Virus record (IMG/VR): IMGVR_UViG_3300034105_003474
Coordinates: 32,001-96,000 of that record
Origin: a virus
Reading direction: 5' to 3' (one strand)
DNA length: 64,000 nt
Below, piece by piece: positions 28,216 to 37,170 of the stretch. Position numbers and translations under genes: made by a program. Below the pieces are notes generated by a model. That model had not been told where the DNA came from and ran no database searches. It was given only the letters and a program-made list of their open reading frames with translations. Within the stretch, counting starts at the first letter, position 1, and the number at the start of each line of letters is the position of its first letter.

Positions 28216-28989
28216 CTAATAGTTGGCGTGTGCGTCAACAAAGTTAAGTACTCGTTCTGCTGTGGTTTCACCGTCTGTGCCGGGGTCAGATTTGAGCCAG
28301 CGGATGAAGTCATACCATTTGCGTTGCTGATCTGCTGAGTCAAACACGAGCGTGTATTGGACGATTGTCTTACTGCCGTTAGAAACCACTGCTGGAGCGC
28401 CCTGTGTGACCGCCTGATGCGTATCCGTGCCTTCTGGTGCGGTGAGTTTTGTTTCACCGTTTTCCATAAGCGTTGATATTGCTGTCGGATTACTCGGCTC
28501 ATCTGATAAGAGTGGGAATATTGGTTGGATAACTGGTGCAACATATGGTGCGTTATCTTCATGCAGATAGTCGCCTTCCATACCTGCGAGTTCTATTTCA
28601 TCCCAACCCAAGGCGTCAATCAGGTCGTCGTATTCTTCGCCTACTTCTTCAAGAAGTTCAAACAACATATCGCTGTCTGTTGTGCCAAGTTCATTTGTTC
28701 GGTTATCTGCCAAAGCGTATGCGATTGCACTAGAAATATCGCCCTCAAATTTTACGCAGGCAATTGTTTCCCAACCAAGTTTTTTAGCGGCTTCATATTG
28801 GTGATTTCCTGCAATGATTGTTGATGTTCCGTCGGCATTGTCTTTGATTACGATCGGTTTCACTTGACCGAATTCACGGTACGAAGCAACGATTGCATCA
28901 ATGTTTCCTTTGCGTGGGTTGTTTTCTAGGTGCACAAGTTTTTCTAGCGGTGTCGCTAGATGTTCTATGCTTTTATGAATACCTGACAT
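28216..28989 (-). CDS. ParB/Srx-like nuclease domain protein
   Basis: NNPRKG, FGQVKPIV, IIAGNH.YEAA, ALADNRT. Confidence 0.85.
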   Translation of the reverse strand: MSGIHKSIEHLATPLEKLVHLENNPRKGNIDAIVASYREFGQVKPIVIKDNADGTSTIIAGNHQYEAAKKLGWETIACVKFEGDISSAIAYALADNRTNELGTTDSDMLFELLEEVGEEYDDLIDALGWDEIELAGMEGDYLHEDNAPYVAPVIQPIFPLLSDEPSNPTAISTLMENGETKLTAPEGTDTHQAVTQGAPAVVSNGSKTIVQYTLVFDSADQQRKWYDFIRWLKSDPGTDGETTAERVLNFVDAHANY

Positions 28990-29334
28990 TTAGGCTCCTG
29001 TTTGTATGCGAACATTGGCATTCAATGTTCTAAGTGCGTCCAAAGATGTTCGCACGGTGAGCAGTTTCTCTCGTTTAGATTTAACTAACGCTTCGCTGAT
29101 CTTATATGAATATGCTTCGTCGGAAAGTTTGTAGTCCGCCCACGCTTCACGCTCTTTGATGCTTCCTTTGGCGGCTAGATATTCTTTAGCCCAATTGCCT
29201 TTCATGAGTGCATCTTTTTTTGCGGCGTCAACAGCAAGGGTTTCAAAGGCTTCTGTTTCTTCTTCAAGAATGCCAAGCAGGCGCATAATCTCTGATTCAA
29301 TTTCTACTTGAGATATTGGTTGTGACCTACCCAT
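28990..29334 (-). CDS. Coiled-coil phage protein (possible recombination mediator)
   Basis: Helical; LDALRTLNANVR C-terminus; adjacent to the RuvC-like gene. Confidence 0.55.
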   Translation of the reverse strand: MGRSQPISQVEIESEIMRLLGILEEETEAFETLAVDAAKKDALMKGNWAKEYLAAKGSIKEREAWADYKLSDEAYSYKISEALVKSKREKLLTVRTSLDALRTLNANVRIQTGA

Positions 29335-29854
29335 GATGTTCTCCTGTTATCGCTGTGAAATCGCATTTTTTGAGCGCTGAAACTTGGTCTGTATTCCACT
29401 CGTATTGGGATAGTCCTAGGTATGTGAGCGTCATTTGTTCAAGGATCCAAGCGTCACATCTGTCGTTGCCGTCTCCACCTGACCAGATTATCCCCGTTTT
29501 CGCAGAGATTGCTGACATTACTTCTGATTTACCTGAGTTTCCTTTTCCTGTAGCAAATTTGGCTCTACAGGTTGGGGGTATGACCACTACTGGCACGCCT
29601 AGTTCGCGTAACGCGACTCTTACAACGCCTCCGAGTTCTCCTATGGAATGGGCTTGCGAATGTCGCGAGGCATACGAGTAGCCCTCTATCGCGACTATTT
29701 GAACACCAGCCTCTTGGGCTAGAGCCAAGATCTCGTTTCTTATCTCTAGGAGTCGTTCGGATCCTTTGTTTTTGGATCGGATGCTTGTTGTTAGACCGCC
29801 AATACTCACACCCGTGCTGGTCAGGGAAAGGTCTAAACCCATTATTTTTGTCAC
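29327..29854 (-). CDS. RuvC-like Holliday junction resolvase
   Basis: GLDLSLTSTG, VAIEGYS, ELGGVVR, KFATGKGNSGK, DRCDA; GTG start at 29854. Confidence 0.85.
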   Translation of the reverse strand: MTKIMGLDLSLTSTGVSIGGLTTSIRSKNKGSERLLEIRNEILALAQEAGVQIVAIEGYSYASRHSQAHSIGELGGVVRVALRELGVPVVVIPPTCRAKFATGKGNSGKSEVMSAISAKTGIIWSGGDGNDRCDAWILEQMTLTYLGLSQYEWNTDQVSALKKCDFTAITGEHHG

Positions 29855-29896
29855 ATTTTTAAGGTTACTACAGTTTATTTGCACTAATATCTGTAT

Positions 29897-30331
29897 GTGG
29901 TAAACAAAAAGTCTGCACCCCAAAAGAATATTGTTTCCATAGAAAAACAAGGTGGCTGGGGAGATGTTTCCTACTACCACAAACTTGAATGCGGTCATAT
30001 AGAAATTAGGAAAAGGGCTTCCACTGCACCTAAGATTGCTTGCACTTGGTGCGTCATTGGCGAGCAAAAAGGAAAAGAACTTAGAGCGTTAACACTTGTA
30101 CAACCACCAACACTTGAGGAGGTGTGGGACTTTTATGATGAAACAACATCAGAGGAGGTTGATGTTGCAAAACTTCGTGCGGGTGTTGCGAATGCCGTAG
30201 GGTGTGCGCAGGAAAGTGTTGAAGTAATTTCTGTCGTTGATGAGGACAATGTGCTTCGTGTCAGTTATGTGACAGTTTTCCTAGATTTTGAAACAGCAAA
30301 AAGAATTGCCGAGAAGAACAAAAATATTTAA
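29897..30331 (+). CDS. Hypothetical Zn-ribbon protein
   Basis: LECGH...CTWC. Confidence 0.55.
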   Translation: MVNKKSAPQKNIVSIEKQGGWGDVSYYHKLECGHIEIRKRASTAPKIACTWCVIGEQKGKELRALTLVQPPTLEEVWDFYDETTSEEVDVAKLRAGVANAVGCAQESVEVISVVDEDNVLRVSYVTVFLDFETAKRIAEKNKNI

Positions 30332-30390
30332 CTCTGCGCCGATTTTCCTTGTAGTCTGATGCAGGTTATACACAGTTTGCGAGGGGCAAC

Positions 30391-30762
30391 ATGATTGACG
30401 CAAGTGACATCAAAAATTTTTTTGATACCGAAAAAGCAAATTGCAGGGGCAAAAACATTGTCATGTTTTATCCCAATCATTCACCAACCGATCGTCTTGG
30501 TAGAGAAAACGCTAGCAATGCTATACAGATTTGTTCGGAGTGTGAAGTTGTAGAAGGATGCTTGGATTATGCTTTGCATTATGAACCGCTTGGTTTTTGG
30601 GGCGGTAAGACAGAAGTTGAAAGAGAAGTTTTGAGAAGAGTTAGAGGTATCCATTTACCACCAGAGCGACAACCGTCTGACTCTATTCGTCGTTCCTCTA
30701 GGCGTGGTTTTATTAACAGTCAGGTACGAAAGAGTTTGAGTTCAATAAAAAATGAGCAGTAG
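30391..30762 (+). CDS. whiB: WhiB-family Fe-S transcription factor
   Basis: C-x-CxxC-x5-C (ANC..AIQICSECEVVEGCLDYAL) and GFWGG motif. Confidence 0.9.
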   Translation: MIDASDIKNFFDTEKANCRGKNIVMFYPNHSPTDRLGRENASNAIQICSECEVVEGCLDYALHYEPLGFWGGKTEVEREVLRRVRGIHLPPERQPSDSIRRSSRRGFINSQVRKSLSSIKNEQ

Positions 30763-32500
30763 TCACCTTCCGCATGTAGATAATTTTTTGTCTCGCTTGA
30801 AAGGTGTTCGCCCAACAAACAATGGTTGGGATGCACGATGCCCATGTCGGAATGATGACGAAAACCCTTCTCTTTCTGTGGGTATTGGTGCGGAGGACAA
30901 AGTATTAGTTGCGTGTCATCGTGGTCAAGGTTGCTCCGTGGTGGAGATCTGTCAGTCTGTTGGTTTGAAAGTTGTGGACTTGTATCCTCCGCAAAAAGAG
31001 GAACGAAAACTAACTCTGATTGCAACATACGATTACCGTGATGAGAACGGGATTCTATTGTTTCAGAAACAGCGTTTCGTTGACCAAAATGGCAAGAAAA
31101 CTTTTAGACAGAGACGACCTGATCCAAGCGGTAATGGCAAATGGATTTTTTCTTTAGATAACACACCAAAAATTCTTTATCGTCTTCCGCAGGTTCTTGA
31201 AGCGAAGCGCAATGGTGAAGTGATTTGGCTGGTTGAGGGCGAGAAAGACGCTGACGCAGTTTTCGCTCAAGGCATGGTTGCTACAACCCCACCGAACGGC
31301 GCTGGGAAATGGCTTGACATTCATTCTCGCGCACTTGAGGGTGCAACAGTTTTCATTGTTGCAGATAATGACGAAGTTGGCAGAGAACACGCGATAAGCG
31401 TTGGCGATGTTCTTTCTAGGCATGGTTGTGTTATCAACACATTCGTTCCACCTACGGGCTTTAAAGATGTCTCAGACATGATCAATGCTGGTAGGTCGCT
31501 TGATGATTTGCTTGAACTAGACAGAACGCAACCATCGGCACAAGCAACGGTACATGAAGATGAAGAAGAAGAAATTGAAGCAGTTGTGCAGGCAACTTCA
31601 CCTATTGAATCTTTGACTGAGCAACTTGTAAAAGTTTTATCAAATGAAGATTTGAGTGAGTCAACAAGAATCAACAGGGCATCCATGCTCGTAAATTCTT
31701 TCGGCGTGGAAGATAGAACCGACAAGGGAAGGCTTGTTAATTGGGCTCAACTTGTTTTAGAAGAAGTAGATGATTCGTATGATTGGGTTATTCCGAATGT
31801 TTTAGAACGTGGAGAGCGCGTAATCGTTGTCGCTGCCGAAGGTGTTGGTAAGACAATGCTTGCGAGACAGATCGCTATTTGTAGCGCCTATGGGATACAT
31901 CCTTTTACTATGTCTCGGATGAAGCCAATCAGAACTTTAACGATTGACTTGGAAAACCCTGAAAAGATTATTAAGCGAACATCAGCCAGCATCCATGGAG
32001 CGGCAAGGCATCTCGGGTATTTGGATGGTGAGCCTGATTGCCATATCTTGATGAAACCATCGGGTGTTGACCTTATGCGACCAGCCGATAAAGCGTTTAT
32101 TGAGCAAACCGTTGAAAGAATACGACCCGATTTGCTTTTGCTGGGTCCGATCTACAAGTCATTTGTTGATCCCGGTGGCAGGACATCAGAGGCGATTACG
32201 GTTGAGATTGCTAAATACTTTGATATGTTGCGCGATTATTACAATTGTGCTCTTTGGTTGGAACATCACGCACCGTTGGGGACATCTTCAACTAGCCGTG
32301 ATCTACGCCCATTTGGTTCTGCTGTGTGGTCACGCTGGCCGGAGTTCGGCTTGTCTTTGACACCAGACCCTACTGCTGTTGGTGACTATGTTTATGATGT
32401 CCGCCATTTCCGTGGTGCGCGAGATCTGAGAGAGTTTCCAACTAAGATGAGAAGAGGGAAAATCTTCCCGTTTGAAGTTATGGAATTCATGAAGGTTTGA
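30752..32500 (+). CDS. Primase-helicase (Zn-binding + TOPRIM + RecA-type AAA_25 helicase)
   Basis: CPC..D..PSL..C, VEGEKD, DNDEVG, AAEGVGKT. Confidence 0.88.
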   Translation: MSSSHLPHVDNFLSRLKGVRPTNNGWDARCPCRNDDENPSLSVGIGAEDKVLVACHRGQGCSVVEICQSVGLKVVDLYPPQKEERKLTLIATYDYRDENGILLFQKQRFVDQNGKKTFRQRRPDPSGNGKWIFSLDNTPKILYRLPQVLEAKRNGEVIWLVEGEKDADAVFAQGMVATTPPNGAGKWLDIHSRALEGATVFIVADNDEVGREHAISVGDVLSRHGCVINTFVPPTGFKDVSDMINAGRSLDDLLELDRTQPSAQATVHEDEEEEIEAVVQATSPIESLTEQLVKVLSNEDLSESTRINRASMLVNSFGVEDRTDKGRLVNWAQLVLEEVDDSYDWVIPNVLERGERVIVVAAEGVGKTMLARQIAICSAYGIHPFTMSRMKPIRTLTIDLENPEKIIKRTSASIHGAARHLGYLDGEPDCHILMKPSGVDLMRPADKAFIEQTVERIRPDLLLLGPIYKSFVDPGGRTSEAITVEIAKYFDMLRDYYNCALWLEHHAPLGTSSTSRDLRPFGSAVWSRWPEFGLSLTPDPTAVGDYVYDVRHFRGARDLREFPTKMRRGKIFPFEVMEFMKV

Positions 32501-32501
32501 A

Positions 32502-33149
32502 ATGGCTGAAAAGGGTTTAACTAGAGAGTTTCTTGCTGAACGCGATTTGCGTATTTTCAAGATGAGGCAGGCTGGTATCCCTATAGCCGAAATTGCTAGA
32601 CGGTTTGGGATTGGTTCTACGAATGTCTCTCATTCAATCCGTAGGCAGTTGGGTAAGTTGAATCAAGAGGCGTTACTTGCGTACCCTGAAGTTTTACAAA
32701 TGGAACTTGAGCGTTTGGACGCTTTGCAGTCCGCAATCTGGCCGATGACACAACACAGAAAACAAAAAATGGATGACGGCACAGAGGTTGCGATTGAGCC
32801 CGATATTAAGGCGGTTTCAACGGTTCTTTCCATTATTGATAGGCGTGCGAAGTTGCTTGGTATGGAGCAGACGAACGTGAATGTGCAGATGGATTTGAGG
32901 GATGCTTCGCCTTTGCGTGCGGTTCTTGCTGGCGCTCCCGGTGTTCTTGGCGCAGAGAAATTTGATTCCGAGGCAGAGGGTAAGAAACTTCTTGCACTTA
33001 TGGCTGATGCTGGTATTCTTCCGAAGGAGCAGATCAGGGAACTGTTGAATGACTTCCCCGCCCTTGAAGATGGAGACGATATTCAGGATGCAGAAGTTAT
33101 TGAAGAGGATATAAAAGAAGTTATTGAAGAGGATATAAAAGAAGAATAG
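32502..33149 (+). CDS. HTH protein, possibly terminase small subunit
   Basis: R.AG....EIARRFG; ELERLDALQ..W; IDRRAKLLG; acidic tail with duplicated EVIEEDIK. Confidence 0.65.
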   Translation: MAEKGLTREFLAERDLRIFKMRQAGIPIAEIARRFGIGSTNVSHSIRRQLGKLNQEALLAYPEVLQMELERLDALQSAIWPMTQHRKQKMDDGTEVAIEPDIKAVSTVLSIIDRRAKLLGMEQTNVNVQMDLRDASPLRAVLAGAPGVLGAEKFDSEAEGKKLLALMADAGILPKEQIRELLNDFPALEDGDDIQDAEVIEEDIKEVIEEDIKEE

Positions 33150-33577
33150 TTTCTTTTATTCGTACATCTCTCGTTGTGGCAAACGCAGTTCGTTCTTCAT
33201 TTTCATGAATTTTAGTGCCCAAATTACTGTTATTGCTGGTGCAAGAAGCAAGCAAGCGACTATGGTGGCGAGGTCTTTTTTGTGGTTTTTCATAGGCAAT
33301 ATTGTATATCTCCTAAAGAGATGAGTCTTATCTAATCTAACAATGTGATGAAAACTTGCAGTTGATCTCTTTTAGAGATGGCATAATATCTGCCATGATA
33401 ATCTTTCTTTCAATTTCAGTGGCAGTAATTGCTTCCCTGCATACATACCTTATGCGTTCCATTGACTCCTATGACAGGTATGGCGCTCAGCACACACTTC
33501 AGGAATGGCGCGACTTTGAGAGGTCGCATTCAGTATTCCAATAGTCAGTTTTCGTTTTTATTTACCTTGGTGAGACA

Positions 33578-34210
33578 TCACATGTCATCCCTGTAGAAAA
33601 TTTCAAAACCGCAATGCATTATCGCAGATGCAAGAGTCCCAAAATAAACATCTCGTTCAATACTGTTATCTATTGGCTGTGAGTCAATTTTGAGTGATGC
33701 CTTAAGTGCGGCAGGGAACTGAATATCACGCATTACTCTTCCACCGTTGTACCAAAGCGTTTGCCCAAATTCAACTTTTCTGCCTAGTTTTACCTTGTAT
33801 GGGAGTGTCACGAAAATATGGTCGTCTGCTTTTAGGTGGGTGAAAGAGATGCATTCTTCAACGGATGACTCGTTGTCTGCATATAGCGTCGCTAAGTCTT
33901 TTCCTTCAGTATCCGATGGGGACATTGAGCAGTAGCCCTCGGCTGCGAGCGTGTATTCGTCAATACCCCATCCCTGCCTCATGATGACCGATGCTTCTAT
34001 GATTTGTTGAAGGCGTTCGTCTTTAGGTATACCAAATGTGTTTTTGAGTTGGACTATTGTGACTAATTCATTATTCTTCCAACCAAAAATATTAATATTT
34101 AAATCGGAGCCTATTCCGTCTTCGTCTATCAAAGCCAATTTTGCGGTTTTAACTGACTCAGCGCAGAGCGCTATTTTGTCCAAATCGGTTTCGTAAAATC
34201 CTGTGTACAT
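33578..34210 (-). CDS. Hypothetical protein
   Basis: 210 aa ORF. Confidence 0.6.
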   Translation of the reverse strand: MYTGFYETDLDKIALCAESVKTAKLALIDEDGIGSDLNINIFGWKNNELVTIVQLKNTFGIPKDERLQQIIEASVIMRQGWGIDEYTLAAEGYCSMSPSDTEGKDLATLYADNESSVEECISFTHLKADDHIFVTLPYKVKLGRKVEFGQTLWYNGGRVMRDIQFPAALKASLKIDSQPIDNSIERDVYFGTLASAIMHCGFEIFYRDDM

Positions 34211-34293
34211 GTTGACCCAACCCTAGTGCATGGCTCACCCCCACAGAATGAAGGTTGCATTTTAGGGATTTTCTTTGTACTAAGGTTTTCTGT

Positions 34294-34593
34294 ATGGCAC
34301 AAAAATCAAACAAAAAAGCACCAGTTAAAAAAACAGCATCAAAGAAGTCCCCTGCAAAAAAGAAGGCTCCTGCAAAGAAGCCTGTCTCCAAGAAGGTTTC
34401 TGCCACTGCTGAAAAAAGCAACAAAAATGCTTTGGCTGAAATTAAAATTGACACCGCAAAACCACAGTTCGTAAACGCTGAAAAATTTATGAAGTCATTC
34501 GTGGATGAATCTGCTGTTTTGATTAAGGCAAATAACGTAAAATCTTTGCCTCTTCGCAAGAAAATGCTTGCGTGGTTCAAGATTAGCAAGTAG
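34294..34593 (+). CDS. Histone-H1-like Lys/Ala/Pro-rich protein
   Basis: KKAPVKKTASKKSPAKKKAPAKK repeats. Confidence 0.6.
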   Translation: MAQKSNKKAPVKKTASKKSPAKKKAPAKKPVSKKVSATAEKSNKNALAEIKIDTAKPQFVNAEKFMKSFVDESAVLIKANNVKSLPLRKKMLAWFKISK

Positions 34594-34626
34594 TCTGAAC
34601 CCCATGAGGGGTTTACGAGGGGAAAA

Positions 34627-36003
34627 ATGACAACCGAAGATACGGTGCTGCCGTTTATTATTGATTCAAATATTCTGCTTGGCGATGTTCGTGAGACACT
34701 TGCATCTTTGTCGGATAACAGTATTCACTGTGTTGTTACATCACCTCCGTATTGGGGTCTTCGTGACTATGGAACCGCCACTTGGATTGGTGGTGACCCT
34801 GAGTGCTCACATAAACGAGATAGCAAGTTCAGTGAGAGTTGTTCAACTGGACAAAAACTTCTTGAAGGTGCAATAGGTGACGGCATCTATAAAGTCCAAT
34901 GCCCTCGTTGTGGCGCGATGCGTAAAGATAGTCAACTTGGTTTAGAGCCAACCGTTGATGAATATGTTGAACATATGGTTGAGGTTTTTCGTGAAGTTCG
35001 CAGAGTTTTGCGGGAAGATGGAACTCTTTGGTTGAACCTTGGCGACTCGTATGCGGGCAGTAATGGAAACGGGTGGAAGCAGTCAATCGCTTCCACTAAC
35101 GCTTCAAACGCTGGCGGGGAGAATGAAGATTTCAGGGCGAAGATTGGTCGTGACGATGGCGATCTGAAACCTAAAGATTTAGTCGGTATTCCTTGGCGTG
35201 TCGCCTTTGCTTTGCAGGCAGATGGTTGGTATTTGCGTCAAGACATCATTTGGGCTAAACCTAACCCTATGCCTGAATCTGTTCGTGACAGGTGTACCAA
35301 AGCACACGAATACATGTTTTTGCTAACCAAAAAGTCACATTATTTTTTTGATAGTGAAGCGATAAAAGAACCAGCAAAATATGCTTACGATGATAGGGGA
35401 TCTCGTGCAGACAGCCGTAAAGACGCAGGTATTTCTAACGCTATGCACGGTTCAACAGGAGCCTTTAGAAACAAGAGGTCGGTATGGACGGTAACAACGA
35501 AACCATTCAAGGGAGCGCACTTCGCAACCTTTCCACAGGATCTGATAGAGCCTTGTATCTCCGCTGGTACGAGCGAAATGGGATGTTGTGCTCAATGTGG
35601 GTCTCCTCTGGTGCGTCAAGTGAACCGCAAGAGGATTGCTCGGAACGAGTTGCCAGTGGACGATCCTCGTTACCGACCAAACACCTACGAAGGCGCATAT
35701 GGGGAAATAAACGGCAAGGGCGACGCAGGTTATTCTCAAACCGACACGATCGGGTGGGAAAAGGGCTGTAAGTGTGAAACTGTTGAGACGGTTCCGTGCA
35801 CGGTGCTGGATGTGTTCTTTGGTGCTGGTACTACAGGTGTGGTCGCACAGAAGTTGGGTAGATCATATTTGGGGTGTGAATTGAACCCTGAGTATGCACA
35901 AATAGCGACATTGCGTCTTTCGGATGAAAAGGAAAAATTGAGGGTCGCTGAGGAGATTAATGCAAGCCAGCCTTCACTTTTTGAGGTTACTTCTGAGGCG
36001 TAA
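34627..36003 (+). CDS. DNA N4-C/N6-A methyltransferase with Cys-rich insertions
   Basis: TSPPYWGLRDY, WLNLGDSY, IIWAKPNPMPES, HFATFP, LDVFFGAGTT. Confidence 0.92.
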   Translation: MTTEDTVLPFIIDSNILLGDVRETLASLSDNSIHCVVTSPPYWGLRDYGTATWIGGDPECSHKRDSKFSESCSTGQKLLEGAIGDGIYKVQCPRCGAMRKDSQLGLEPTVDEYVEHMVEVFREVRRVLREDGTLWLNLGDSYAGSNGNGWKQSIASTNASNAGGENEDFRAKIGRDDGDLKPKDLVGIPWRVAFALQADGWYLRQDIIWAKPNPMPESVRDRCTKAHEYMFLLTKKSHYFFDSEAIKEPAKYAYDDRGSRADSRKDAGISNAMHGSTGAFRNKRSVWTVTTKPFKGAHFATFPQDLIEPCISAGTSEMGCCAQCGSPLVRQVNRKRIARNELPVDDPRYRPNTYEGAYGEINGKGDAGYSQTDTIGWEKGCKCETVETVPCTVLDVFFGAGTTGVVAQKLGRSYLGCELNPEYAQIATLRLSDEKEKLRVAEEINASQPSLFEVTSEA

Positions 36004-36066
36004 TAAATGTTGTATTATTTACCTACATAGGTATTCCAGTATTTCTCTTTGACTTGGAGGTCAAAA

Positions 36067-36465
36067 ATGTCAGCATCAGCACCACTTCTTCTCCCAATGA
36101 CGGTTACAGGCGCATGCGCAACAACTTCAACTGTTGTTGTTCGCACTCCTGTCGCAGGTCGTGTCCGTGCAATCACAGTTGCAGTTGGTACTGCTCCTGC
36201 TGGTTCAGCACTTAGCGGAACTGTTCGCAAGGCAACATCCTCGGGAACGGTTGTCGGAACTTGGTCACTTGCAGCCGCCGCCACTTCGGCAGTAGCAACG
36301 ATGTCAACAGTTGATGGTGCGAACGAAATCGCAGAAGATGACTTGTTGCACCTCGTAGTCGCTGCTGTAGGTTCAGGAACTGCTGGTTCAAACTTGACCG
36401 CTCTTCTTCACATTGATCAGTCGGCAGACCAAGATGGTGTGAACGCCCTCTACCCTTATTCCTGA
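36067..36465 (+). CDS. Ala/Thr/Val-rich beta protein, probably a virion decoration protein
   Basis: GGAGG RBS; composition typical of structural proteins; own strong terminator. Confidence 0.55.
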   Translation: MSASAPLLLPMTVTGACATTSTVVVRTPVAGRVRAITVAVGTAPAGSALSGTVRKATSSGTVVGTWSLAAAATSAVATMSTVDGANEIAEDDLLHLVVAAVGSGTAGSNLTALLHIDQSADQDGVNALYPYS

Positions 36466-36487
36466 TCTAAAAATTTAAACCCGACAA

Positions 36488-36538
36488 AATATTTAATCCC
36501 CCCACATCCGTGCAGGTCTGTGGGGGGATTAAATATTT
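36488..36538. terminator. Bidirectional terminator
   Basis: AATATTTAATCCCCCCACA...TGTGGGGGGATTAAATATT between convergent genes. Confidence 0.8.
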
Positions 36539-36549
36539 ATAGACATAAA

Positions 36550-36912
36550 TTATTTACTAAAAGTTATTGCCACCCTGTCGCCAGCAAGGCGCAGGAGATT
36601 AATCGCTTCTTTTTGGCTGTGTGACGAGCACCAGTCCGATATTTCTTTATTCACTATCAGTTCTAGGTATTCGCAGAAGAATCGCGCCCTACCAGTCATG
36701 AATGGCGCAACTCCACACTCCTCTGCTCCTGTTTCTCCTTGTGCAAGGAGTTTTTCTTTACCCCCACAGGCAAGAAGTATTGATCCCCAAATATCCACTT
36801 CCTTTGTATATGGGTCATATGTCGTGTAGTTGGAGAATCCTTGTTCCTCTATTATTTGCGCAGCCTTGTCGTAGACATCGTGAGCGCCAAGTTCTTTTAA
36901 TGTTGGGAACAT
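36550..36912 (-). CDS. Hypothetical protein
   Basis: Operon downstream of RNR. Confidence 0.55.
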   Translation of the reverse strand: MFPTLKELGAHDVYDKAAQIIEEQGFSNYTTYDPYTKEVDIWGSILLACGGKEKLLAQGETGAEECGVAPFMTGRARFFCEYLELIVNKEISDWCSSHSQKEAINLLRLAGDRVAITFSK

Positions 36913-37169
36913 TATTCTGTTTCAATTCCGTTCTTATGACAAAGATCGGCGTATGCGTGGTTTGGGCTTCCCCCTATGCCCACTGTCTGCTTGTACTCGT
37001 CGGTGAATAGATCAACGGCATCGCAGTCATCACCTTGAAAATAGTTGAGCATCGCTTCCGTGAACTCATCGCACTCTGGAAAAGCAATCCACTTTCCGCC
37101 CTCATATATCCCGCCGTATCTTGCTTCTCTTATGACGACGGGGTATATGCGAATCGGCTTTTGAGTCAT
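36912..37169 (-). CDS. Hypothetical protein (MTQKPI...)
   Basis: YP..I...RYGG.YEGG.W.AF motif. Confidence 0.55.
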   Translation of the reverse strand: MTQKPIRIYPVVIREARYGGIYEGGKWIAFPECDEFTEAMLNYFQGDDCDAVDLFTDEYKQTVGIGGSPNHAYADLCHKNGIETE

Positions 37170-37170
37170 G

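Noticed and set aside
33093-33146. 24-bp tandem duplication (EVIEEDIK x2)
   Set aside because: Simple in-frame slippage in an acidic tail.
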